NCBI GenBank assembly: GCA_013239625.1
Contig: MU057325.1
Span: 186,001 to 250,000, forward strand
Reading direction: 5' to 3'
Source: Lama guanicoe
Lineage: Eukaryota
Length of the DNA stretch: 64,000 nucleotides
This document shows positions 1 to 10,819 of this stretch, one piece after another. The translations under genes and the position numbers were made by a program. The notes beneath the pieces are model-generated. The model had not been told where the DNA came from. It did not search any database and saw nothing but the letters and a program-made list of their open reading frames with translations. Position 1 is the stretch's first letter, and each line of letters opens with the position of its first letter.

Positions 1-2647
1 CTCCCAGGATGTCACAGTCCTCAGGCTGCAGACCATCCCTGTCATCGCCCTCAAGAAGCAGAGAATCATGGTCATCGTCCTCAAACAAAGGAGTGTCATA
101 GAAGTCATCCTCGCTGTCACTGTCTGTCTCTGTGTCGCTCTGCCGACTGACCAGCAGGGATGTTTCGTAGTCGCCAGCACTGGTGCTGGCCAATTCTCCC
201 AACACCGATGGACCTGTGAGAGCCAGGCTGACGTGATCACCACCACCCCCCGGGGTCATGGCACAGGGGTCCTCCTCCACCGTGGACTCAGGCCACTTGT
301 CCTGGGAAGCAGCGAGAACTTTTTCACCTTTACCGTAAGTATCCGAACCATACTGATCATCCTGATGCTGCCCCTGAGGATGACTGGAAGCAAGATTTAA
401 AGATTTCTGTACAGCGTGTTCCCCCTGTAAACTGATGTTAATTGCTGCAATGCCCAGAAACTCGTCTTGAAATTTGCCTCCCATTCCTGGATCCAGTAAT
501 GTGGTTTGGTCCTTGAACGGCAGTGAAGAGACTTCACACTTATTTCCACTGCTCCCTGTGGCGTGTATATCGTGTAAACTTCTCTGCTCGGTCCTCAGTT
601 TATCGTGACTTAACAGGGCACTTAGGCGGGGGGAGTAGTCAAAGATGGCTGGACCCCTGCTAATGTTATCTTCAGTCTCTGTTTCATTCAAATCACAGAT
701 CCTACTAGTTTTTGCCTCCACCGTAGGGTTTGTTATCAAATCACCTGCAAAGTTTTGAACGTTTTTAGAATGACCACATTCATATGCATGTTCCTGTGTT
801 TCCATGGGACTTTGATTTTCACCATTTTTAAGTATATTTTCAGAGCCTGGTCTCAGGACACTAACTCCAGCCAGTCGGGGCTGTGTGGGGGCTGATCCTG
901 ATCTGGGAACACACACGCTGGAGGAGTTCTGAACTTTAGGATCGGCTGCTATCATACCTGCCGGATTTTCTGACTGGCCAAATTCACTCCTGATAGCGTT
1001 GCTTCCCATTTCATGAAATTCTTCATCTATGACATGTTTTCTGTTTTCAGGGATTTCTTGATGCTGGGGTTCTCTGCGAGGACATTTCTCCAAACTACTT
1101 GGTGAAGCTGTACCTTCATCCATTTCTTGACCTGAAGCATTATTCAGAAACACACCAGGGTGTCTTAAGACATCAGGACGTTCTTTTCCGGGCATGTCCT
1201 CATCAAATTCTGCAGCACAGCCTTCCAGGAGCATCCCGACTGCTTCGTCCAGGTCTCCATCGTACAGCAAGAGCCTCTGCCCGGTGTTGGCGTCCATGTA
1301 ACTGTTGATCATCAAATAAGACAGGAATAATTTTTTAGTCTGTTCTGAGCTCTGAGTCTCCACTGGCTCCTCTTCCTCAAAGACATCCTCCTCCTGCCTG
1401 TAGTCCTGGACCATGGATGGCTGGAATTTACAAAAAGAGAGCCACCGTCTAGCGTTTCTGCAAGCTTCCATGTCTCCCAAGTCTGGCATCTGATCAGGCA
1501 GTATTATACTTTTCAAAATCGCTGCTGTGCCGTGATCTATAATTCCCAGTTCTGTAGCAACATCCAAATCGAGGACTTGAGAAGTTTCGGGAATATACAG
1601 AGCAGCTATCTTCTGCCTGCCGTCCAGGATCTTGTACGCCAGTTCGTTGGTAATCAGCTCCTGCTGCAAGGAAGATGACGTGGGGAAGATTTCTCCAGAG
1701 TGAGGCCAGATGAGGCCCACGTAGCCTCGCTGAGCCTCCAGGACCAGGAGAGCGCTGCTGGGCGTTATTAAATCACACTGGACCGCCTCGTCCACCGTCA
1801 AACGCTTGGCGGGGCTGGAGCGGATAATCCCACCGGTTTCGACCTGGTAGGTGAGGATGCTGTTGGCCATGTCCCTGTCCATCAGCCCCTCCGCCACTGC
1901 CTCTTCCACTGTCAGCCGCTGGCCAGACGTGCTGCCGATCAGACCCCCCGAGAGCAGCTGCGCGCCCAGTAACCTAAACACGGTCTCGCGGTCGATGAGG
2001 CCTTCGTGAGCCGCCCTTAAAATGCTCACGCTTCTTCCACCTTTTAACGTGACCCTGCCTCCTTCTTGCGGCCTCACGGGCAGCAGCCGCACCCCGGTGT
2101 TTTCCTGCAAAATACTCCTTTGCATCATGGCTCCCAGAGACAGCTTCTCAGCGGTCGAGGGGTCGATGAGATCTTGCCTTGTGTTCTGCCTCTCCAGGAC
2201 TTTGGAAAACAACGCCGAGGAAACCAAGCGCTGCTGGAAAGCCTTCTGCAGGGTCAGCTGTTCTCCCGTGGCTGGGCTGACCAGGCAGCCCGTGGACAGG
2301 AGCATGTCGAGAACTCTGACAGCCGTGGGCTCTGATATCACGCCTTCAGCCAGAGCCTCGAGCACCGGCAGCGTGGAGGACGATGGCACAGCGGAAATGA
2401 TCTCCTTGGTCTCATTCAGCTCCCGGAGGCGGCTCAGAATTTGCTCATCAATAAGGCCGTGACTTTCAGCATCTTCGAGGCCAAAGCACTTCCTTGATTC
2501 TGGTGAGATGAGACCAGAAATCATCAGCTGCGTCTCCAGCAACTGGATTCCTGTGTCATAATCAAGGAGGCCTCTTAAAACTGCCTGGAAGACGGAGAGG
2601 ACCTCTCCCGTGGTCTGGTCAACGGTGCCCGCGATCACTTTCTCCAG
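1..2647 (-). CDS. DST: DST giant BPAG1b-type exon, 5' part (plakin repeats plus acidic region), open to window edge
   Basis: ttgcag|CTG GAG AAA GTG = [33 protein letters not shown]...[16 protein letters not shown]; both ends in the same frame (882 codons); absent from the ORF track because no stop falls in the window. Confidence 0.95.
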   Translation of the reverse strand, partial: MEKVIAGTVDQTTGEVLSVFQAVLRGLLDYDTGIQLLETQLMISGLISPESRKCFGLEDAESHGLIDEQILSRLRELNETKEIISAVPSSSTLPVLEALAEGVISEPTAVRVLDMLLSTGCLVSPATGEQLTLQKAFQQRLVSSALFSKVLERQNTRQDLIDPSTAEKLSLGAMMQRSILQENTGVRLLPVRPQEGGRVTLKGGRSVSILRAAHEGLIDRETVFRLLGAQLLSGGLIGSTSGQRLTVEEAVAEGLMDRDMANSILTYQVETGGIIRSSPAKRLTVDEAVQCDLITPSSALLVLEAQRGYVGLIWPHSGEIFPTSSSLQQELITNELAYKILDGRQKIAALYIPETSQVLDLDVATELGIIDHGTAAILKSIILPDQMPDLGDMEACRNARRWLSFCKFQPSMVQDYRQEEDVFEEEEPVETQSSEQTKKLFLSYLMINSYMDANTGQRLLLYDGDLDEAVGMLLEGCAAEFDEDMPGKERPDVLRHPGVFLNNASGQEMDEGTASPSSLEKCPRREPQHQEIPENRKHVIDEEFHEMGSNAIRSEFGQSENPAGMIAADPKVQNSSSVCVPRSGSAPTQPRLAGVSVLRPGSENILKNGENQSPMETQEHAYECGHSKNVQNFAGDLITNPTVEAKTSRICDLNETETEDNISRGPAIFDYSPRLSALLSHDKLRTEQRSLHDIHATGSSGNKCEVSSLPFKDQTTLLDPGMGGKFQDEFLGIAAINISLQGEHAVQKSLNLASSHPQGQHQDDQYGSDTYGKGEKVLAASQDKWPESTVEEDPCAMTPGGGGDHVSLALTGPSVLGELASTSAGDYETSLLVSRQSDTETDSDSEDDFYDTPLFEDDDHDSLLLEGDDRDGLQPEDCDILG

Positions 2648-3732
2648 CTGCAAGGAAAACACGAAACTCTCAGTCGGTGACACGAGGGTGGACGGAGCGT
2701 CGTGAAACTTCATTTTTTTTTTTTAATAAATAACACACATCAACAGAAAATCCTCTACTTACCAGGGCGCAGGCAGTGCTGTGAGTGTTAGGCAGCTCAA
2801 ATGCACAAGTGATCTATGTCAGTGATCTATTCAACAGCACAGGATGTGATAAAAGCTTTGAAAACGACATGCATCTGTGAATTGAAAACTTAACATCGTG
2901 TACATTAACAAGGTTAGTGAGCACACAACGGAGGAGATGGTGAGGGTGAGGGAACAGGACGCACACCTAGAAGGCAAACCATGCTTTCTGCAACTGGATG
3001 AGATTAGTCTACCGACGTGAAAGAGAGTTTCAAACCCCATGCTATCGATGTTTACAGCATAACAACTTCTGCACGGATAACTCAAAACTAACGAACCCGA
3101 AATATTGGTACATACCCCCAAAATGCGACACATAGTGCGTAAAATATTCCAGGGAGTAGGGAATCGAATATAAAGATAACTTTTTGAATATGGGCTATTG
3201 CATTGAATATTGTGACTATGCAATGTCAAGTTTTAAAAGTTTAAGGATAGGCCACATTTTCAGTGATTTCTGTTACAGTTTAAGAAACTGCTGGAGCATC
3301 CTTCACTGTCCAGTATGGTCCAGAATGACAAATAAATCTCCTGGTTATCTCTGAAAGTCAGACACATCCCTGACCCTCCAACGTCACCTCTCAAGCTCTC
3401 AGACTATTTCATACATCATATTTATACAGTAAAATACCTACAACAGCAGTAGAAGGATGGCTTTTAAAGAGAAGTTAGAAAAATGAATGATTCTTTCTTT
3501 TTACCATGCAAGGCAGAGATTAAGATGTCACAGAAACTGATGAGAGCAAGTGTAAGACTGCATTTAACCAACAACACTGAAATCTCCAGATACTTCCTCC
3601 CCTCCCCCACCTGCGTTTTTCCCACAAACCCCATTCAAGGTCATTTCTTGGTCACTGACATGTTATTTCTACAATCATGCGATTAAACTAAGAATCTTGA
3701 AACAGCTTCACGTTCTAAACAAATAACATTAC

Positions 3733-3865
3733 CTTCTCCTCTACCTTTATGTCTTGTAAGGTTTGTGATTGCTGTAGTTGTTTGAGAGATTCACTAAATA
3801 CATTAGAACTTTCTTGGAGAGTTTTCACTTGTTTTTCCAGTTCATTTCTTTCTTCATCTGTCATT
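3733..3865 (-). CDS. DST: DST exon (BPAG1a/b path) MTDEERNELEKQVK...VEEK
   Basis: tttag|A ATG ... AAG|gtaatg; 133 nt, phase 2 to 0. Confidence 0.93.
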
Positions 3866-4870
3866 CTAAAATAATCAGAAAGTATGAAAACAGGAATGCA
3901 AGTCTGCAAGTGATAAAAGAAGACATACTGGGCTCAATGATTTTGGTAAAGAATACTTTTCTAAATAAGCACATGGTCATAAAATAAAATCTAGTGTAAC
4001 CTCACACACAGATGGCTCAGGACACAGAGTGCACACGAAATTGCTGTGTATGAAAACTAAGCCTGGCCCTTACGGCCCTGAAAACATCCTGCCTGAAAAA
4101 GGGACTGAAGGAAAGAGTGTGAACTAGTGTCCCAGCGCCTCTCTGGCATATCCAAAGTTCTAAAATGATAATTGACGTTGTCTGACAGGGGGAAGGAACT
4201 ACTGTCAGTCCCAACGTGGAAACGGGACGGTAAGGGACCACGACTCAAGACGGATCTTGTTAAAGCAGCAGGAGGAACAGAAAGGAAATGTGTGAGGAAA
4301 TTAACCCGACTTGCTAAGATGTGCTGCAAAATCATTCTAGAGTAAGTCTCAAGACGACAGCCAAAAAAGGATTTCAGAAAAGGGTAGATCCCTTGCCTGC
4401 CTGAGGCAGTAGCTGAAATATATGAAATGCCTTGTTGCAAAAAGTAGGACCAAACCAGGAGACATCAAGTTGCCAAAGGTCTCAGCTAAGGACGCGTAGA
4501 ACATGTCTACATATATTTTCCAAAAGCTAAGTCCCAGAGGAACTTGGCTTGGTGTGTTTACAACTCACTAACCACTGATCCTTAACTCTCTGAGTTAAGC
4601 AATCTCTTACCAGCAATCTCTGTTTTCTTATCAGCACTAGATGCGGATAAGAAGTACATTTACAGGGTTTTGGTAAAGACGAAGGGTAACTAAAAGTGAC
4701 ATTAACTAAATTGCTAAATTTATCACCTTAGGTTATTACATTTCGAAGTAAATGTGTGACCAAGTTCCATTTTCAAACTGCCAGTTGAAATTTACCACCT
4801 TCTACCTTGCTGAGCGTTTATAAGACCAGTTCCCTCCTTCGACTAAAAGAGCTAAGGAAAACCAACGTAC

Positions 4871-4959
4871 TTGTCTCCGTGTTTAGCCAGAAATAGCTGC
4901 ATGGTTTGAAGGGTTTCAGATAATTGTTCCTTCTTGATCGAGATTTCCTCACTGGAAAT
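4871..4959 (-). CDS. DST: DST exon (BPAG1a/b path) [13 protein letters not shown]...AKHGDK
   Basis: ttgcag|ATT ... GAC AA|gtacgt; 89 nt, phase 0 to 2. Confidence 0.93.
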
Positions 4960-5035
4960 CTGCAAGGTAAAGACAACACACTCAAACTCTTCCTTCGTAA
5001 AGACCTGACAACGGAAATCTTCAAAAATTAATCCA

Positions 5036-5185
5036 GGGGGAGGAACTATCTCAGTGGTAGAGCGCGTGCTTAGCAGGCACAAGGTCCTGGGTTCAATCCC
5101 CAGTCCCTCCATTAAATTAAATTAAATTAAATTAAATTAAATTAAATTAAATTAAATTAAAGAAACAGATAAACAAATCTAATTC
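5036..5185 (+). mobile_element. tRNA-derived SINE (camelid vic-1-like) with (ATTAA)10 tail
   Basis: tcagtggtagagcg...gggttcaatcccc A/B boxes. Confidence 0.85.
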
Positions 5186-7188
5186 CAGGTTTGCATCAAG
5201 ACCCACATAATGGGTCTATTTTCAAGCCAGTAATGCATCCGTTACTAGTCTGCAGGGCTGGATAAGGAGGACGCTTTATGCAGAATGGATGATTGAGGAA
5301 GCTCCTCCCTCTGACCCTAATGCCATCATTTCCACGAGGAAATAATAATACATTATATCTTGCATCTGTCCCAGCCCAGCCACCAGTAAAGACTGTCACA
5401 GTCTTCCTAAAGACGTGTGAATAAAAAAAACGGCATCTTCCTCCCCTCCCCTGCCAAGCTCCTGGATGCAATGCTCCTTCTGAAAAAATTACAGTAGACA
5501 TTATGTATTCATGTCTAGATCTGCAGATCAAGACTAAAATAATTTCTATTACCAAGACGTTCACTTGCCAAAGTCGCCTGTGACAGTCAGAGAAATAAAA
5601 AATTGACTTGAAAATTGACTTGTTTGAGGGAAAGCAAACTGTTGTAATAGTCTCCCTTAATTCCTTTCTCAAGATCTAATATCGAAAGTCACTGCCACTC
5701 TCTGAAGTGAGCAGAAAGTACGATGGGACAGTGAAAAGGTCCATTTCCCCGGAAGTCTATTTCTCATGGTTACAGATAGTTATGAGGCCATACTGACTTT
5801 TTTAAGGCCACATTTATTATTCACATCAAATTACCTGAAATTCCCTTTAACAGAGGGACCACGAAGTGTTATTCAAGATCCGTCATTTATTCCATGATCT
5901 GCATGGGAAAGGTACCTGTCTACTTTCATGTCTGCTAAGTCTAAAACTAAAACTGATCTGTGAACTTGTGGAGAATTTAAAACTACAGAATGAGAAATCA
6001 CGAAGGCTTTATAAACTATGTTCCCCAAAAGAAACTTGTTCTCCCCAGAAATCCTGGTGAAGATTTATGTCCCTGATTTAGCTCTTTTCCTATCTGGCAG
6101 AGGGGAAACCAAAAAAAAAGGTATTTTTAACTAAATATTTGCATAAAATTACTTTGAGGGTTTTGGGTTTAAAAGACCACCGGTAACTACTTGCCAACTT
6201 ATTTCTTCCACACTATATAAAAAACAGTCCGCTAGACTATGAGCTAAGCTGGCTTTATTTCAACTGAGTCAGAATTCAAGTAAATCCTCGGGTCTATAAG
6301 CCTCTCCAAGGGGGAGACCCAGGTAAGGCACAGCCGCCTCACACCACAGGCAAAATGAGACAAGACATGAAGTCTTCTGCTGTTTACTGATGTCCACAGC
6401 ACCCGCTTCCACTGATGCCCAGTGAGGGATCCTGCAGAACCAGGAGGGGAAGATAATGATCGCATCTGTCATGGCCACGGGTCAGGCAGGAGCAGCCGGG
6501 CAAGACAGGAAAAATACAAACACCACTGCACTTGGCAGAAATGGATTTTTTAAAATACAGCGGCAGTTCAGTGTTAGCACTGGTGGCATCAGCACTGCTT
6601 AACTTAACCCAGTGCCCTAAGAGCTTCAAGGGGGACGGTCCAAGGGACATTTAGGTCACAGAAAGAACCTAGAATTTCCAGGCGGGGACGGGGGGATGAT
6701 TGGAGAACACTTCTTATGGAATAGAAAAGATCAGAAGGGCATTGGATCCTCAGAAATGTTAATATCTTGGTTTGTATTTTGTGGTTCTTGAAACATTCTG
6801 TTTATATCTGTAAGAATGAAACTGTGTTATCTTTGTGATACAGAAGTGCATGGACGTCCTCTGGGCACAAAACAGGACTCTGGTCTTCGGCAAATCTCAC
6901 CAAGATAACCCAGAAGGAGATCTAACTGTTAGGAAAAGCAGCCCTGCACACTGGTTTACTAAGAGCGAGACTAATATTTACACAGTTCAGGTTTTGGAAT
7001 CAGAGGCACCGTCTTCTGCCGCATACTGTGACTCCTTGGGCAAGTTCCCTAACCTCTCTGATCCTCATTATAATTGCCTATAAAAATAGGGACAACTAAA
7101 GAATTAAAGGGGTTTTTAGGTGGACTGTCGCAACTCAGTAAATTCTCCCCCCCCCATTGTGATTATTAAACCAGGACTTTGGGAATAC

Positions 7189-7317
7189 CTTTTGCTTAAA
7201 GAGGGAAGCCTTTCCAGCCTTCTCCCCATCTCTCAATGTCTTGCTGATATTTGATACCCATTTCTGTAATTCTTTGGCTTTTTCAACATGCTCTTTCTTT
7301 TCTTCTTCCAGTGACTT
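7189..7317 (-). CDS. DST: DST first BPAG1a/b-specific exon after the plakin domain, [13 protein letters not shown]...FKQK
   Basis: cag|AAG TCA CTG ... AAG|gtattc; 129 nt, phase 0 to 0. Confidence 0.93.
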
Positions 7318-7443
7318 CTGTCAGATGTAAGTGATAAAAAAAAAAGATATATCCCAATAAATGACTAAGCTACTGAAGTGACCTCTCCATAGAAATCAAG
7401 AATGTAAAAATAGTTTTGCATCACACACAGGTTACCAAGATGC

Positions 7444-7449
7444 TTTATT
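7444..7449 (-). terminator. Distal poly(A) signal AATAAA of BPAG1e
   Basis: AATAAA on the minus strand followed by a GU/U-rich stretch (ctgtgtgtga...ctatttttac). Confidence 0.75.
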
Positions 7450-7594
7450 CATTCACTTAACCATGTGTATCACATCACACACCAGATGTACTTCCAAAAT
7501 GTTTATGTAGCAAAGGAAACTGTGACAGTCAGTCTTGAATGATCAGTGGAACCTCCCAGCTGGTCTACCAATATGACACGTTTAAAAACTCAAC

Positions 7595-7600
7595 TTTATT
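7595..7600 (-). terminator. Proximal poly(A) signal candidate AATAAA in the BPAG1e 3' UTR
   Basis: AATAAA on the minus strand about 760 nt after the stop. Confidence 0.5.
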
Positions 7601-8358
7601 CATGAAGCACTGGGCGATCTCTGAATTGCTGCCTTTGCATTAGCATCACAAGCACAATTGTCTGGACAGAAGAGTATCAGACAATGGCAACCTGAAACAG
7701 TGGAGAAAGTCTGCACACGTAGGAAAATTACACAGAACGAAGAAAAATCATCCGCCTTCCTCCAACACAGAACCCAGTCATGATGCTGCTTCCAGTGACA
7801 AAGTCGTGACTAGAAATGGGAGACGGTGGGGAACAGGTAATAGGCAAAGAACGTTACATACACACACACACACAGAAACCCCAAACTTTCATTTTTCAAG
7901 GCAATCTAAAACAATATAGCCTCACGGATGCTGGAACAAATGGGCACTTTTCCCTTGGATTCCATGGCGCTTTCTGCAGTGCTCTGTCAGCGAGTGCAAT
8001 GGATCGTTTAATAAATGGGAAGGAACCCTGACATCAGGCAGGATCCGGTCATGAATGGAGGGCTCGGAAGAGCGGATGCTGGAAACCTGCCGGAGTTCCT
8101 CAAGCTTATCCCATACTCTAGGTAAAATATTTCTATCTGAGTGTAGGTAAGAGTCAAAAAACAAATCTCAAAGGTAAATGGAATTGGGGCAGTAAGTCTT
8201 TGGATATTTTCAGTTTAAAAAGTATTTTCTCTCCTCAGCAGTTAGCTCTTTCCAGCCCTCAAGAAAGCAACTGGTGCTTTGAGTATGTGATACAATTTCT
8301 GGACTGTGTGTTCCATCGTGGGAACTGGACCTGTTCCAGGTAATCTACACACGTCCTA

Positions 8359-10245
8359 TCACGAAGCATAGTAGAGGCTGGAGATTCCTGTCATCAGGGG
8401 TTCAGACACTTCTAAGAGTTTCAGTCCCGTGTGGAAATCAAAATCGGCTTTTTCTAACGCTTCTTTGTATGTCAACTTTCTTTTCGTCTGCGGACAAAGG
8501 ATGTTTCTGACGTAGGACTTCTGATCTTTGAGTTTTGTCGCGATGGAGACATCTATCATACCCACTTGGAGAGCCTCCTCTATGGACAAGCGGGTCTGAG
8601 CCTGGGGCTCCATCAGCCCCCCTGTCAAGTACTGAAATTCCAAACACCGGACCCCCATGTCCTTACTTATGATGTTTGCATTCACAGCTTCCAACACTGA
8701 CATCACTTTGTTAGTGACAGGATGACTGATCCCCGCCACCACCAACTCACACTGTCGTAGCTGCTGGGCAAAACCCTCGTCCAGCAGGCCTCTGTGCAGA
8801 GCCTCAGCCACGCGGTACCTCTTGCCGGTCAGAGGATCAAGGATGCCCCCGGTGCTGACCTGGGCTTCGAGGCATCGCAGGGCGGTGATCCGATCCACCA
8901 GATTCCTGCGGGAGGCCTTCAGGACTGAGATCCTCTCCCCGCTGGACGTCAGCCAATACCCCGCGACGGGACTGTGCACATCTTTCTTGGGAACGAGCCG
9001 GCTGAGCAGGAAATCCGCAAGTTCTGTGAGCGTGATGAGGCCCTCCTGGTACTTTCTGACCGAGGCTTTGTCGACAGTTCCCTGCTCTACCGCCTCATCG
9101 ATGTTGAGCTGCAACCCGGTCTTAGCATCCCTCAGCACGCGAGAAGGATGCCCGTAGGATTCAAAAAAGGTGGCCTCCTTCCACTGATACTGCAGCCCTG
9201 ACAGCTCAAGATAGGTGCTTTTGTCGACCAGGCTTCTCTGGAAAGCCTCGTACGCGGTCAGTTCTGCTCCCGTCTTGGTGTCTACGACCGAGACCCTGTG
9301 CGTTTTCGCCACATTGAGGTTGGAAATGTTCCTCTCCCCAAACGGAAGCAGCAAGCACTGGCAGTCGACGTCGAACACACACATGCGCAGTAATTCCGCG
9401 TAATACAGCGCTTGCTTGTTATTGGGATTAGGAAAGACCCTTGTGTGGCTGGACGGCTCGTGTAAAAACTGCAGGATGGCGTTATTCAACAAGCCCTGCT
9501 GCAGAGCGACTTCCGGAGGAACGCGAATGCCCCGCGCGGGGTCGACGACGCCCCCGCTGGCGATCTGGGCCTCCAACATATGTTTGCCCCTTTGCCTGTC
9601 AAGCATCCTATTTTCCATAGCTTGAAACACTGACAGCATCTTGGAGGAACACGGATACCCCAGGGCTGCCTTCTCTGCCTCAAGGAGCCGAATTCTGAAT
9701 TCGGGGTCAATCACTCCCTGAAGAATTGCACCTTCAACCGAATAGGTCTGACCTGAAAGGGGATCGATTATGAAACCCGTGGCAGCCTGAGCTTCCAAAA
9801 AGGCTAACGCCATCGTCTTGTCTATTACGATTTTCTTGGCTGCTGAAGAAAATGACATCTTTTCTTTTGTGGCTTCGAGGTAAAGCCCTGCAATGGCGGT
9901 GGCTTTGGTTAAAAACTTGCTGAGAGTCTTCTGAACCTCTTCGACCGTCTTAAGACCGCGTCGCAGCTGCTCGACTGTCTTCATGTCCAGAAGCTTAGCT
10001 TCGACCAACTGCCTGGCAGTCACAGGGTGCCGGAGCCCCTGGAATTGAAACTCATCGTCCCTGACCGAACACGCAAGATCTCCATCTACGTGCTGGAAGG
10101 TCTCTGGTTCTGAGCCCTTCTGAAGCTCTCCTCTCTTGAATCCACCCCCTTCAAGCATCCATCCCTCAGCACTGGAGCCGGGGTTCTTCCCTTGCTTTAA
10201 GGCTGTGACTTCTGTGTGCAAATCATACTGCTTGCTCTTAGCTAT
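8359..10245 (-). CDS. DST: BPAG1e/BP230 terminal exon: plakin repeat domains (intermediate-filament binding), ends ...SSLYYAS*
   Basis: tacag|ATA GCT AAG; LLEAQ...GG.IDP repeats; stop TGA followed directly by TAG. Confidence 0.97.
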   Translation of the reverse strand: MAKSKQYDLHTEVTALKQGKNPGSSAEGWMLEGGGFKRGELQKGSEPETFQHVDGDLACSVRDDEFQFQGLRHPVTARQLVEAKLLDMKTVEQLRRGLKTVEEVQKTLSKFLTKATAIAGLYLEATKEKMSFSSAAKKIVIDKTMALAFLEAQAATGFIIDPLSGQTYSVEGAILQGVIDPEFRIRLLEAEKAALGYPCSSKMLSVFQAMENRMLDRQRGKHMLEAQIASGGVVDPARGIRVPPEVALQQGLLNNAILQFLHEPSSHTRVFPNPNNKQALYYAELLRMCVFDVDCQCLLLPFGERNISNLNVAKTHRVSVVDTKTGAELTAYEAFQRSLVDKSTYLELSGLQYQWKEATFFESYGHPSRVLRDAKTGLQLNIDEAVEQGTVDKASVRKYQEGLITLTELADFLLSRLVPKKDVHSPVAGYWLTSSGERISVLKASRRNLVDRITALRCLEAQVSTGGILDPLTGKRYRVAEALHRGLLDEGFAQQLRQCELVVAGISHPVTNKVMSVLEAVNANIISKDMGVRCLEFQYLTGGLMEPQAQTRLSIEEALQVGMIDVSIATKLKDQKSYVRNILCPQTKRKLTYKEALEKADFDFHTGLKLLEVSEPLMTGISSLYYAS

Positions 10246-10819
10246 CTGTAACAGGAATTGATAAGGCGTTAAGAGTCATCTGAAGAACGCTACGTCACTT
10301 CAACCACTCTTAATCCAAACACGATTCCCAGAGCATCAAAGATGAGACAAGAGGAGAAAATGTTCAAGCTAAAGAGGGTTCAGGAGCAAGTAAATACCTT
10401 GGAGAGTCTCAACTTTAAACTTTAGATGACAATGAAGGTATGAAAGTGGTATGTCTTAAGAAGAGATGAAATTTTGCTGACAGACAGAACTTGTTAGAAA
10501 TTAAACTTAATGTCTTGGTTTTTCTAGCTTTTTTGTGGTCAAATTTTTCAGAATCTCATCCGTAGATACACAACAGTATAGTCCTCCCATCTGGGTTTTT
10601 AATCTCAAAGATTTAAGAGTGAAAGAATATAGTTTGGAGTAAAGATTCAAGTAAGTCACTAGAAAATGATAGTATTATTTTTTGTCAGAACTACGAAGAG
10701 CCGATCACATGCAACACTGTTAGGAAAAAGAAAATAAAACTTGAATCTAGCAGAGAAAGGAGACAAGAGCGGAAATCTGATGGAGGGGAGCAGACAAGAT
10801 CTCAGAATCCAGAGTATAC

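Noticed and set aside
68-2462. Plus-strand ORFs at the left end
   Set aside because: Shadows of the BPAG1b exon
6254-6478. Minus-strand ORF with gccATG and downstream AATAAA as an alternative exon
   Set aside because: Nearby donors give phase 1 or 2, which does not match the phase-0 acceptor at 4959; no recognisable protein
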